Shown here one piece after another: positions 1 to 10,729 of a DNA stretch of 43,357 nucleotides. Below the pieces are notes generated by a model that was given only the letters and a program-made list of their open reading frames with translations, was not told the origin of the DNA and made no database searches. Numbering within the stretch: position 1 is the stretch's first letter; each line of letters opens with the position of its first letter. Made by a program: the position numbers and the translations under genes. The stretch is from Nemertoderma westbladi (lineage: Eukaryota > Animalia > Xenacoelomorpha), in the NCBI GenBank assembly GCA_032718475.1, contig JAUCBJ010003827.1, positions 1-43,357 on the forward strand. The letters are read 5' to 3'.

Positions 1-149
1 TTATTCAAACCACCCAATGTCTACTATATATTTTGTCAATATTGTCGTTAATAAATTAGCTATAGTAAGTAGCCTTTATCCTTACTTCTCTCTGACTTCT
101 CAAAAGTATTCTAGTTTTCATTGGGATCTGCTTAGCAAAGTCGTTATTG

Positions 150-230
150 ACTTCCAGGTGGGATCGAACTGGTCACCTGCAGGTTGTATGTCCGGCGCTC
201 TAACCATTCCCATAGCCGATAGAACACCAT
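150..230 (-). mobile_element. tRNA-derived SINE head or tRNA pseudogene
   Basis: Minus strand reads TGGTTAGAGCGCCGGACATACAACCTGCAGGTGACCAGTTCGATCCCACCTGG: a D-loop-like TGGTTAGAGCG and a B-box GTTCGATCC at tRNA-like spacing. No clean acceptor stem. Confidence 0.5.
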
Positions 231-538
231 TTGTTAATACCAATGATCTCCATCCACTGTGCTCAGGGCCAGAGCCATCTAATTAATTATATGGGGTTGG
301 GTAGGGGAATTATTTGCTTTGGGTCTATGGGTGCTGTTTACCAATAGGGGTACGGAAACTGCGTGTAGCCAATGGATTATCTTAAGGTTAACCTTACGAG
401 TATTAGAAGGATACATATTCGTAATTATTTTATTATTAGACCTTTCTAATCTGGTACTTCTTCTAGTCTGATAGTCTTGAGGGAAGGGCGTAAAGGCTAA
501 CTACTAGTAGCTCAATACTCGAGGTTTATGATATTTTA

Positions 539-907
539 GGCTAACTGGAAGGGCGGGTCAATTTTTCATTTTTATTTTCAAATTTGCATTTTAACTACGA
601 AATAATTAGGCGTATAAATTTTCGACTTGATCTTCATGGTCATCTTGGGCATCAAATATTCCCTAAATTTCACTTTTATTCGCTTTTTGTCAAATAAATT
701 TTAATATAATTTAGTATTTTACTATATTTTTATTTATAATGAACCAAAGTAAATTTGGTGAAAAACTTTTGGAAACTACTGTGTACTTTAACTTTATTAA
801 AATTTACACACCGTATTTTTGGAGGGTGTATCACAATTACTATAGAGGTCAACTTACATTTGGAACAAAAATGTGAAAATTCACCCACCCCGCCCTACCA
901 ACTGGCC
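539..907. mobile_element. Degenerate MITE with imperfect inverted ends
   Basis: Left GGCTAACTGGAAGGGCGGGTCAATTTTTCATTTT resembles the reverse complement of the right end (GGCCAGTTGGTAGGGCGGGGTGGGTGAATTTTCACATTTT). No clean TSD. Confidence 0.45.
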
Positions 908-2718
908 TTTTTACTGTTACTAATTAATTAATGGTGAATTAAATGTGTTAATGAATAATTGTATGTATCTAGAGTAAGAAGTGGTCCCTCCTAAATCGTT
1001 GTACACTAATTATTTGTCTGTTAGTAGTTTATGATTTTATGATATAAAACTCCCAGAGCGCTTCGAGTAATAATATTGAGTATACTCTCTGTACTCAGTA
1101 GGATTTCTTCTACAGTACTACATAGTATAGCGGTTTGTTCTTATAGATACTTGAATACGTTAATCATAATTATTTTTGGACCTGTGAGTGTAGGTGAAGT
1201 ATATTATTATTATATTTCTCTCAATGATTACAAAATGGTTAGATTTGTTTCCGACTAATATCTCATCCATTATGTTTACTGGTTGGTTATTCAGCTGCGT
1301 TGTAATTAGAAAAAGTAGAATATTCATTAAAAAAAACTTGACTGTTCCGTGGGAGTTCTTTATTGAATCCGAATTAAAGAACCGTTTCAGATTAAATAAC
1401 CAACTCCATTGCACACAAGAGCGTTCCCAGTTACGGGGCGAGCCACGAAAGTAAGCGAGCGCGTGTCTGTAGAGTCGTATATTTAACTCAGCCAATCCTC
1501 GATGAAATTTAACCAAACTTAGAACACAAATGGTCAGTCTGACAAAAGTTTAGAAATTTTCCAAGTAGAATGTATGTTTGTGTTGAAGTTGTCTAGAAGC
1601 TAAGATAAAAGCACTTAATTAGTAAATTATATTAACTAGTGGCGTGCAAGCACGCGGGATGTTAATCTTCATTCTTCAGATACCATAAGCTAAAAAATAC
1701 AAAAATACCTACGTTTCCCTCTCATGATTCTAATTACACCAATTATTGTAGTACTACAGTTGAAGGCCTACAACATTATTACTAAAATTCATTCACCTGG
1801 AATTAGTAATAAATTCACATTCGCCCACACCTTGACTGAGAAGGCTATCAGCCGTATAAAATATTTAACACACACTAATGCTAACCTATGAAGAATTTCA
1901 AGTTTGTAAGGGGGAAGTTTAGGCATTAGGGCCTATGCAAACAATATGGGTGTACTAAGTACAGTAATCTTAGCAACCTCATCGATTTATACTAAGCTTG
2001 TGTATAGAAATCCATTATATAAGCTATTTTTCATCATAAACACCAGCTGTTATTGGTGTTATTTTACCATTGCTTCTATGGCACTTTTCGTTTATTTCAT
2101 TTTTTGCAAAAACTAATGACTGTATTTTTCTGAAAATTGCTTTATACACCCATTCAGACCATACACTACAGAAGGGTACTAAAAACAACACAATTAACCG
2201 GATAGTTTCGGAGTCTTTAGTGTGATAAACAAACGGACAGACAGACAGACAGACAGAAAAAACAGACACGATTTTCTTACAGTAAGTAAATCTGAAGATT
2301 TACAAAACCGTGTCCTTTCATTAAATTGAATTATAATTTCTACTATAAGATTGAATTAATTGTACATAAACAGCTAGAATCCCCATATCCCATTCCATTA
2401 TCGTTATTAATTAGATCATAATTAACACGGTACCAAAATTGGATACAGTATTTAATTCTGCTCAGTTATTGGTCAACAGATTACAAGTCCCTGCTAAAAT
2501 TCTTCAAGGCCTAGGGTGCGTGGAGTTGCTTGTGGCACAAACTGGTTCATTATTGGTGTATTGGGTGAATGAGTGGTTTCATATTATTATAAATTTTGTT
2601 GGCCACAACAAAAGTTAGAGAGATGCCTCAGTTTACTTGTTATTGTGTTTTTTGATAACTAAATATATATAGAATTCATATAACTAAACTTTCAATTTGA
2701 TTTAGAATTACCTTTGAA

Positions 2719-2905
2719 ATATATTGCGGTTTTTTTTGTAAAAATTCGGACTTATGGTGTTTTGCCAAAACAAGGGGGAACACCATTTTCTGGTATTATT
2801 CCGTAACTATACGATAGTTGCGGGGTATTGCCTAGAAAACAAGGTATCCTCAATTTGGCAAAACACCACAAGTCCGAATTTTTACAAAAAACACACAAAA
2901 TATAT
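2719..2905. repeat. ~190-bp imperfect palindrome (hairpin MITE remnant)
   Basis: TTTTGTAAAAATTCGGACTTATGGTGTTTTGCCAAA pairs with TTTGGCAAAACACCACAAGTCCGAATTTTTACAAAA. Centre is AACTATACGATAGTT at ~2811. Confidence 0.75.
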
Positions 2906-3574
2906 CATATAATAGCCAAGGCGTATCGTGGGTCCTTAATTATTTAGTGCGTAGTGCGAACGTAATACATGTGCGCATTTGTTATTAGCTAATAAGTGCT
3001 ATCTAACATGTTAACTAGCACATGATCAGGTGTTAGTATTACCTGTAAACGCAATAATAACAAATAATCACATACAATATAGCTAACACACTTGCGCACA
3101 TGTTGGAAATTTTTGAATTCAAAATTCTAAAGGACTCCATAAGTTTTTGATATTTTGGTATAAATTGCTTCTAAAATAAGTACGGGACTGTAGTTAGAAT
3201 CATGTATCAATACAAATTGAACAAAATGTAGCCAAATGCAGAACTATAAGAACAACATTTAGATTCAAGAAGGCGGAACTCTAAGTACAAAATATTTAAA
3301 GTTAAAGTAAAGTTCACTTACAGTACGTCATGACGAATAATTAAAGACCTGTTTTTTCTACAGTACGTGGCAACATTTTGAGCAACTCTATCAGCAACTT
3401 AGTGAGCATGTCAGGTTGCCGATCAAGTTGCTCTATGTAAACGCGAAGTTTGTTGCTGTAAAAAATGCCTCATAATAACGGAGACTAAAAGTTAATGTTT
3501 CTCAAATTAAGTTGCTAGTTGCTGACCAAATTGTCCCAAACGTCCGGCAACCTAGAGTAACTTATAGCAACTTG

Positions 3575-4195
3575 GACACAAACATTAAATGAGGGACAGA
3601 TATTTATCAGCGCCACAACATTAATGTGGGACAAACATTAATCAGGGGGACAAACATTAATGTGGGACATAAACATTGATATAGGACACTAACATTAATG
3701 AGGGACACAAACATTAATGAGGGACACAAATATTAATGAGGGACACAAACATTAATGAGGGACACAAACATTAATGAGGGACACAAACATTAATGAGGTA
3801 CACAAACATTAATGAGGGACACTAACATTAATGAGGTACACAAACATTAATTAGGGACACAAACATTAATGAGGTACACAAACATTAATGAGGGACACAA
3901 ACATTAATTAGGGACACAAACATTAATTAGGGGCACAAACATTAATGAGATATACAAACATTAATGAGGGACACAAACAATAAACGAGGGACACAAACAT
4001 TAATGAGGGACTCAAACATTAATGAGGTACACAAACATTAATGAGGAACACAAACATTAATGAGGTACACAAACATTAATGAGGGACACAAACATTAATG
4101 AGGTACACAAACATTAATGAGGGACGCAAACATTAATGAGGGACACAAACAATAAACGAGGGACAGATATCAATCAAGGGCAAAAACATTAATCA
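3575..4195 (+). repeat. 20-bp minisatellite (GGGACACAAACATTAATGAG)n
   Basis: Visible tandem array, homogeneous at ~3690-4140 and degenerate at the edges. Each unit contains palindrome CATTAATG. Confidence 0.95.
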
Positions 4196-4744
4196 TGGGC
4201 ACTATCGCCCTTCGCACTTAGTATGAATCATGTTACCCCCCCATGGCACTTAGTGATTCCTGTTACCACCCATACACATACAATATATTACAGTATTACA
4301 ATTCTCATTACTGTCAAGCAATAAAATATCAACAATAAATAATAATATATTAATCTGACCAAACCAATAAACTATGTTATTGCCAATTGAAGGAAAGGAT
4401 CAGGTTACAGAGATGGTTTTTCTAACCAAAACAATAAACGATGCTGTTACTAAAAAGGGAAGGGGTAGGAGTAAAAAAATGATGAACATGAGGGGGAGAC
4501 ATGAATGGGGGGGGGGGGGGGGTAGCGCAGCAAAACAGGCAGCTGAACAACGTAACTGAACGTCGCTTTCAATTAATTTCCATCTAATTAGGAAGATGGA
4601 ATGTATACAAAACGGTGGTACTTTGATCGAAGCTCACGTTCCCATGGTAGTATTTTTTCCAGTTAATGACATAATATCTGATCGTCTGAGGCAAGCATCA
4701 CCATCGCTCATATTAATATCCATTGGCAACCATGGACCCGACCC

Positions 4745-4836
4745 CTATTAATGCTTTGTGTCCCTTAATGTGTGTCCCTCATTAATGTTTGTGTCCCTCA
4801 ATAATGTTTGTGTCCCTCATTAATATTTGTGTCCTG
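4745..4836 (-). repeat. Short inverted copy of the 20-bp minisatellite
   Basis: TGTGTCCCTCATTAATGTTTGTGTCCCTCA... is the reverse complement of the 3575-4195 unit. Confidence 0.9.
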
Positions 4837-5459
4837 GCCGCAATACAAACCAGTATATAAATGATAAATTACGGGGTTTTGCCAGGCTATTGTTTCTGAT
4901 TTAAGGGGTTTTACAGGTTGTTATATCTGATTTAAGGGGTTTTGCCAGGTGGACTGAATTTCATATACTTGAATTTACGGTGTTTTGTAAGCCAATTATT
5001 GACTTGTGGGGTTCTGCCTCGAAGTGGGCATAAGTTACGGGGAACTGTCTTTGGCTTATAACTCAAAAATGGCTGGTAGAAAAGCTTCGGGGTTCTGCCA
5101 GACGAAAAAGCCGATATCGAATTACCCAAAAAGTCAAAAACATGAAAATCGAAAAAAATCGACTTAGGGGGTTCTGCCTTGAAGGTGACGAATTATACAG
5201 TAGGTGCCTTTAAACCACAACTCAGACCCGAGTGCTTTTCTGTTGTAAATAATGGCGCTTTTCAAACACAAACTCGTAGTTACGATCAGTGACTCGCCTA
5301 CAAACTATAATTTGCCAATTGATAAATACAGAAATAGCTAATTCGTTGCAATTTATTGGTGGTAGGATCGAAATTCGCTTCCCTTCAAGCGTGATAATAT
5401 TTACAGTAAGATCTACTGGCCTTTTGGAATGACATTTCACATTACCACAGCTAAAGTTC

Positions 5460-7918
5460 TACGGTGGCCCACAACTGTCACTACAAACAAAAAACTCACG
5501 GCAAGATAAAGAGTAGAAAACTTAGATAATTTCCTTATTTTGCCCCTTCTGCCGTGGGTTTTTTCTGCCGTGTTTTTTTTCTGCCGTGGGTTTTTTTGGC
5601 CGTGGGTTTTTTCTGCCGTGAGATTTTTCTGCCGTGGGATTTTTCTGCAGTGGTTGTCGTTATGCAACGTTTGAAGGTGAGATTAGATTCTTTCAAACCA
5701 AAGATCCTCAACGCCACCTAACTGCCGACACATGTAGTCGCACTATACGATTCCCACTAAATGATAGATACTTGATTGGTTAAACCAAAAGATTCTGTAA
5801 CAATGTCAGGCAAGATATTCTGGATAACCATGGCTTTGGATTTGCTTAAATTATAGTTTATTTTTTAGTTTATTCTTAGTTCATTCATTATAGATTTAAT
5901 GTCGTTTTTTTTTATCCTAATAGTTTCTGTGAAAGTGAAAGTAAAGTATTTCTTGTAAAGTGTTTTGTTATTGTGTTTTGTTAAATAGTGTTGAAGAAAT
6001 CCAATTTCGAATTCAGAATTCTATTTCAAAAAGTTTTTACATATTTTTGGCCTAATTCGACCCCCCCCCCCCCCCCCCCCCACGCCCTTAAATAAATTTT
6101 ATCCAAAATTACAATCCAAAAACTTTAATCCTAATTAAAATTTTAATCAAAAATTACAATCGCGATCCCGAAAAGTCTGATCCTGTTTAAACACTACAGT
6201 AGTAGTTTCTCTGAGAATACTACTGATATGGGGCGAGCCATGTATTGTTGCAAGTCCATACTGTATCACTACTGAGATGGGGCGAGCCATATGGTATGGC
6301 AAGACGAGTCCATCCACATTACTATATCCAATCCACCTTCCCAACCGCACAGCGTTCAGCATATCAATATAGCAACTAAACAATGAATTTATATAATTAT
6401 TATTGTAAAAAATAGTTTATAAATGACAGCAGCGAAGACGCATATTATTTTCCTTTGCTACTTGTAACAGAGTTTGATGAAATGTTAACGCTACATCGAC
6501 TGATTTAGGATAATTAAGTTCCAAGGTGTGACAGACATAATCAAAATACTCCTCGTAGATATTCGGAATACAGTAGTTATGAATGATGTTGTTACTGATA
6601 TATTCGACCTGTACAGTAGAAATTACCTTTGCATAGTTGTCATTATTTAAATAAAATATACTATCAGGTCTCCCGCTGATAATGTTAAACCTCGATTGCC
6701 TGATTCTGTGTGTATTCCAATGCCAGCGAACCATGTCCAAATCACACTGAATTAAGGGTGCAAAGCTATACCATAAGCATTCTTTACTTAGCTCGCAACT
6801 TGTATGCAGAATGTTCCTTGATACTAAATCTGATAAGAAATTCCGCCACCACATGGATCGGCTCTTCGAGAAATATGACCACCAACATTCTATTCTCTGA
6901 TCATGTCGAGATCCAACATATTTATGAGAATTGATATCCTCTTTAAAAAACGTTTGTATTGCGGTGGCGATACAGTTTTCTGTCCCCAGGTCAGTAATTA
7001 GTTTACCTGGACATCCATGTTCGCGAACGCTGTCCAAATACATTTCGGCTATATTATAAGGATTATTGTTGGATTTTGTCACCTTGAGCCATATTATCTT
7101 TCTACTATAACCATCGATTGACCCGTGAATAGGAAATCCAAATGGCTTCATTTTATCGTAGCCATCAATATGCCATGCATAATTAGGTCCCGGGTTATGA
7201 TAAATTCTCTTCGTTGCAACTTAGGGCGCGCTCGTAATTGAGAGTTTTCAGGGTCCAGTTCTCTTAGAACCTCTTCCACAAACTGACGTGGAACATAAAT
7301 ACCTTCTAGGCGCAGAGTGTGCCAAATGGCTCGATAACCAGCCATGGCGGATGGTCCCTGCAACAATTCACTGATTCGATCAATTGCTGTTTCTTGAAAA
7401 GTATTGTTTCGACGTTTCAAACCATAGTCTTTCAGACGACGCAGCAATGTAGAATGACTTATGGAGATGCCATGTAGTTCCAAAAATCCCAGAATCTCTA
7501 GATATTCAAACCCAGCGCTAAAATATTCGCAGATCAGTTCTCTTTCCGCTCTCGAGTCCATTACTGTAGGATGTACTATATGGTAACACAGCCGCTGTAC
7601 TAGGAACCCTGGATGAAGGCTCTGGAACTCACAGTGCACCTCAGTATACTGTACTTCAGTACTGTATGTTCTTGAATTACAGTTGGCCTACTACAGTATA
7701 ATACAGGAACTACTGTAGTAGATCAAGTATGAATATTGAATAGGCAAGAAAAAGTCACGGCAGAAAAAAGTGACAGAAGAAAAAACCCACGACAGAAAAA
7801 CCCACGGCAGAAAAAACCCACGGCAGAAGTGGCAAAAGAAGGAAATTAGCTAAATTTTCTATTATTTCTTTATCTTACCGTGAGTTATTCTTTGTAGTGA
7901 CAGTTGTGGGCCACCGTA
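5460..7918 (-). mobile_element. IS3EU-like DNA transposon (2459 bp)
   Basis: Ends TACGGTGGCCCACAACTGTCACTACAAA / TTTGTAGTGACAGTTGTGGGCCACCGTA. Imperfect inverted similarity runs >150 bp, with subterminal TTCTGCCGTGGGTTTTT repeats. Perfect 6-bp TSD AAGTTC (5454-5459, 7919-7924). TAY..RTA ends with a 6-bp TSD and an integrase-type ORF fit IS3EU. Confidence 0.8.
6417..7561 (-). pseudogene. Frameshifted integrase-core (DDE) transposase of the IS3EU-like element
   Basis: N-terminal HTH-like part from ATG 7561 (ISISHSTLLRRLKDYGLKRR...GYRAIWHTLR...LRELDPE). After a frame change at ~7202 it reads YHNPGPNYAWHIDGYDKMKPFGFPIHGSIDGYSRKIIWL...TDLGTEN...DQRIECWW...WNTHRIR. Confidence 0.85.
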
Positions 7919-8436
7919 AAGTTCAGCAATATATGCAAGGTGGGATCTAAGTTCGTGTGTTGAGGATCTAAGTTCACATGGGAAGGATTTAAGTTCATTA
8001 AAGATCTAAAATTCGTTCAGGATCTAAGATACTCTAGGATCTAAAGCTGGGTAACCAATATTGACACAATGTCAATTGACAAAGTGCCCGACTGATTACC
8101 GGTATGGTTTTATTTATGGGCAGTGCTAAAATTCACAAAGAGCCACACGGACCCAAAAATTTACCATTTCACTATGAAGCAATGAGGCACCAACCCACTC
8201 CGCACAGGAGATGTTGCGCAGTGTTAAATTAATGCAATCAAAGTTAATTCTGAGAAAAATTATGCAAATATAAGGAAAGCACTGAGCCACAAAGAGCCAA
8301 AACCTAATTTTTTGGATAAATTTGGATCAGCTGATTGATTCTGACTAACTTTTCCATGGTGATTTCTTATTGGTTACTTTGTATACCATCTACCCGGCTC
8401 TATTCACCTAGTAATGTTAATGATGGTAATAATATG

Positions 8437-10241
8437 TTTGCACACGGACACAAAGGATGTCATATACTTTGCACACGGACCCAAAAGATGTCAGATACTT
8501 TGCACACGGACCAAAATGTTGGCAGATACGTTAAACACGGACCCAAAGGATCTCAGATATTTTGCACACGGACCCAAAGGATGTCATACTTTGAACACGG
8601 ACCCAAAAGATGTCAGATACTTTGCACACGGACCCAAATGTTGGCAGATACTTTGCACACGGACCCAAAAGATGTCAGATAATTTGCACTCGGACCCAAA
8701 GGATGTCAGATACTTTGCACACGGACCCAAAGGATGTCATATACTTTGCACACGGACCCAAAGGATGTCATACTTTGTACACGGACCCAAAATATGTCAG
8801 ATACTTTGCACACGGACCCAAATGTTGGCAGATACTTTGCACACGGACCCAAAGGATGTCATATACTTTGCACACGGACCCAAAAGATGTCAGATCTTTG
8901 CACATGGACCCAAATGTTGGCAGATACTTTGCACACGGACCCAAAGGATGTCATATACTTTGCACACGGACCCACTGGATGTCATATACTTTGCACACGG
9001 ACCCAAAAGATGTCAGATACTTTGTACACGGACCCAAATGTTGGGAGATATTTGGAATACGGACCCAAAGGATGTCAGATACTTTGCACACGGACCCAAA
9101 GGATGTCAGATACTTTGCACTCGGACCCAAAGGATGTCAGATACTTTGCACACGGACCCAAAGGATGTCATATACTTTGCACACGGACCCAAAAGATATC
9201 AGATACTTTGCACACGGACCCAAATGTTGGCAGATACTTTGCACACGGACCCAAAGGATGTCATATACTTTGCACACGGACCCAAAAGATGTCAGATACT
9301 TTACACACGGACCCAAATGTTGGCAGATACTTTGCACACGGACCCAAAGGATGTCATATACTTTGCACACGGATCCAAAAGATGTCAGATACTTTGCACA
9401 CGGGCCCAAATGTTGGCAGATACTTTGCACACGGACCCAAAGGATGTCAGATACTTGACACACGGACCCAAAGGATGTCATATACTTTGCACACGGACCC
9501 ACAGGATGTCATATACTTTGCACACGGACCCAAAAGATGTCAGATACGTTGCACACAGACCCAAATGTTGGCAGATACTTGAATACCGACCCAAATGATG
9601 TCAGATACATTGCACACGGACCCAAAGGAAGTCAGATACTTTGCACTCGGAGCCAAAGGATGTCAGATACTTTGCACACGGACCCAAATGATGTCATATA
9701 CTTTGCACACGGACCCAAAAGATGTCAGATACTTTGCACACAGACCCAAATGTTGGCAGATACTTTGCACACGGACCCAAAGGATGTCATATACTTTGCA
9801 AACGGACCCAAAAGATGTCAGATACTTTACACACGGACCCAAATGTTGGCAGATACTTTGCACACGGTCCCAAAGGGTGTCATATACTTTGCACACGGAT
9901 CCAAAAAATGTCAGATACTTTGCACACGGACCCAAATGTTGGCAGTTACTTTGAACACGGACCCAAAGGATGTCAGATACATTGCATACGGACCCAAATG
10001 TTGGCAGATACTTTGCACACGGACCCAAAAGATGTCAGATACTTTGCACACGGACCCAAATGTTGTCAGATACTTTGCACACGGACCCAAAAGATATCAG
10101 ATACTTTGCAAACGGACCCAAAGGATGTCATATACTTTGCACACGGACCCAAAGGATGTCAGATACATTGCACACGGACCCAAATGTTGGCAGATACTTT
10201 GCACACGGACCCAAATGTTGGCAGATACTTTGCACACGGAC
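8437..10241 (+). repeat. 31-bp tandem array, left arm (~58 units)
   Basis: Unit ACTTTGCACACGGACCCAAA plus an 11-nt variant (GGATGTCAGAT, GGATGTCATAT, AGATGTCAGAT or TGTTGGCAGAT). Many private substitutions. Confidence 0.97.
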
Positions 10242-10287
10242 ATATTTAATAACATAAATAACGGAAATAATAACAGCCATATGTTGA

Positions 10288-10352
10288 AATCGAACCTACG
10301 CCAGTTACCAATAGTGTAAATCAGGAGTGGCGCCTTAACCCACTGGGCCATA
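10288..10352 (-). other. tRNA-like (Leu/Ser-type) Pol III A/B-box fragment in the foldback loop
   Basis: Minus strand TGGCCCAGTGGGTTAAGGCGCC...GGCGTAGGTTCGATT resembles the D-arm and T-arm of tRNA-Leu. Stems are incomplete. Confidence 0.45.
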
Positions 10353-10729
10353 TTTTTTGCCGCAATAATTATTTATTGCCGCAATAATTATTTATTGCCG
10401 CAATAATTATTTATTGCCGCAATGAGTATTTATTGCCGCAATAACAATTGGGCATCTTTTAAATATTTCAAGAGTAATGTAAATATTTTCATAAGTGATT
10501 TAAATATTTTCATGAGTGATTTAAATATTTTCATGAGTAATTTAATTATTTGCAAACACTATTATATTTTTTCAAAGTACTGCAGTAATTGTTATAATTT
10601 TGATCCCTTTGAGACGCCATAGTCCAGAAACATGTACATATGCTAAAGTGCTATTTTCCCACCATTATAGCCCCTTCTGCCATCACACAACATGGTTGGA
10701 GGGTAGAAGGGGGGGGGGGGGGGGGGGGT

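Noticed and set aside
150-230. Functional tRNA gene
   Set aside because: The A-box region is disrupted and no paired acceptor stem was found, so it is treated as SINE or pseudogene. The same applies to 10288-10352.
2040-2320. Helitron/DINE-like remnant with (GACA)n microsatellite
   Set aside because: Suggestive, but boundaries and diagnostic termini could not be fixed.
4870-5192. Element with repeated GGGGTT(T/C)TGCC motifs
   Set aside because: It looks like a transposon subterminal region, but no partner end or TSD was found, so it is not called.
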